NCBI GenBank assembly: GCA_002269645.1
Contig: NIVC01002708.1
Span: forward strand, 1 to 64,000
Reading direction: 5' to 3'
From: Macrostomum lignano
Lineage: Eukaryota
Length of the DNA stretch: 64,000 bases
Below, one piece after another: positions 63,901 to 64,000 of this stretch. The position numbers and the translations under genes were made by a program. A model generated the notes under the pieces. That model was not told the DNA's origin. It did no database searches and was given only the letters and a program-made list of their open reading frames with translations. Each line of letters opens with the position of its first letter. The first letter of the stretch is position 1.

Positions 63901-64000
63901 GGCCACTGGGGCCTCCGGACCGACTCGGGCCCGAATTGAAATCTTCGCCAAAGCCGCCGCCGTCGCCGCCACCAATTCCAGCACCGTGATCAACATCGAA
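51996..64000 (+). CDS. CD109-like: Thioester-containing protein (TEP/CD109/alpha-2-macroglobulin family), 3'-partial. Exons: 51996-52084, 52422-52615, 52897-52931, 53311-53538, 53843-54389, 57381-57493, 57595-57797, 58805-58918, 58995-59039, 59108-59296, 60066-60308, 60392-60434 (end uncertain), 60529-60709, 61399-61809, 62012-63041, 63713->64000
   Basis: Signal peptide MIALLLLLMLAPAG; FVQTDKALYQPGQTVKFRV; PNLGTWRI; FSVERYTLPKFTV; RTYFPETMLW; LPDTITSW; FFAQLTLPHSLIRGE; LPEG; PRGCGEQNM thioester motif (62319-62333); YRRDDGSYSAFG; GSVWLTAFV; VEVTAY; GGFHDTQST. Splice phases are consistent throughout if two GC donors and one 1-bp frameshift are accepted. Confidence 0.93.
52165..52290. repeat. 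CT-rich short tandem repeat (cccgctccctt) in TEP intron 1
   Basis: Direct inspection. Confidence 0.85.
52722..52840. repeat. 16-bp tandem repeat (gtgggtgagcagctct) in TEP intron 2
   Basis: About 7 copies. Confidence 0.92.
53550..53810. repeat. 20-bp tandem repeat (gatgctttcagatgtcaata) in TEP intron 4
   Basis: About 13 copies. Confidence 0.95.
54540..57300. repeat. Large TG/TC-rich minisatellite (tgtctgttgtgtcttaatc variants), followed at 57145-57300 by a 19-bp array (tgtagtttctgtatcagtc)
   Basis: About 2.7 kb in TEP intron 5; source of the Cys/Val/Leu-rich spurious ORFs. Confidence 0.96.
57828..58740. repeat. Polypyrimidine minisatellite (cctcttcctccgctcc) in TEP intron 7
   Basis: Almost purely C/T on the plus strand; source of the Pro/Ser-rich and Arg/Gly/Glu-rich spurious ORFs. 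Confidence 0.95.
59368..60040. repeat. 35-bp minisatellite (ggggagtcagcagggatgatcgcactggttgctcg) in TEP intron 10
   Basis: About 19 copies. Confidence 0.96.
60738..61382. repeat. 25/27-bp minisatellite (gtgatcctactcaaactcgaactct) in TEP intron 13
   Basis: About 24 copies. Confidence 0.96.
61875..61958. repeat. 11-bp tandem repeat (gtagatgtgtg) in TEP intron 14
   Basis: About 7 copies. Confidence 0.9.
63160..63500 (-). repeat. Second copy of the dispersed repeat at 890-1268, in TEP intron 15
   Basis: Reverse-complement similarity over about 340 bp. Confidence 0.75.

Overview
Eukaryotic (animal) genomic DNA. The GC-rich, CAG-rich exons, AT-rich spacers and minisatellite-filled introns look like the flatworm Macrostomum lignano (inference from style, not verified). 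Minus strand, from right to left: a beta-TrCP/Slimb F-box-WD40 gene (4 exons, start not found), a possible short hidden exon at 28.4 kb, MED17 (5 exons), an orphan ORF, an intronless divergent B-type cyclin, a low-complexity ORF, a D-2-hydroxyacid dehydrogenase (GRHPR-like, 2 exons), and a gene that I align by eye to the p53 DNA-binding domain, probably running off the left end. Plus strand: an intronless GT31 beta-1,3-galactosyltransferase-like gene and the first 16 exons of a thioester-containing protein (TEP/CD109/A2M family) with an intact GCGEQ motif, running off the right end. Also present: a Tc1/IS630-type element nested in a mariner-like element, several MITE-like inverted-repeat elements and about 20 different minisatellite arrays. 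Most ORF-track entries are artefacts of tandem repeats or antisense GC-rich exons. All homologies were recognised by eye; no searches were run.
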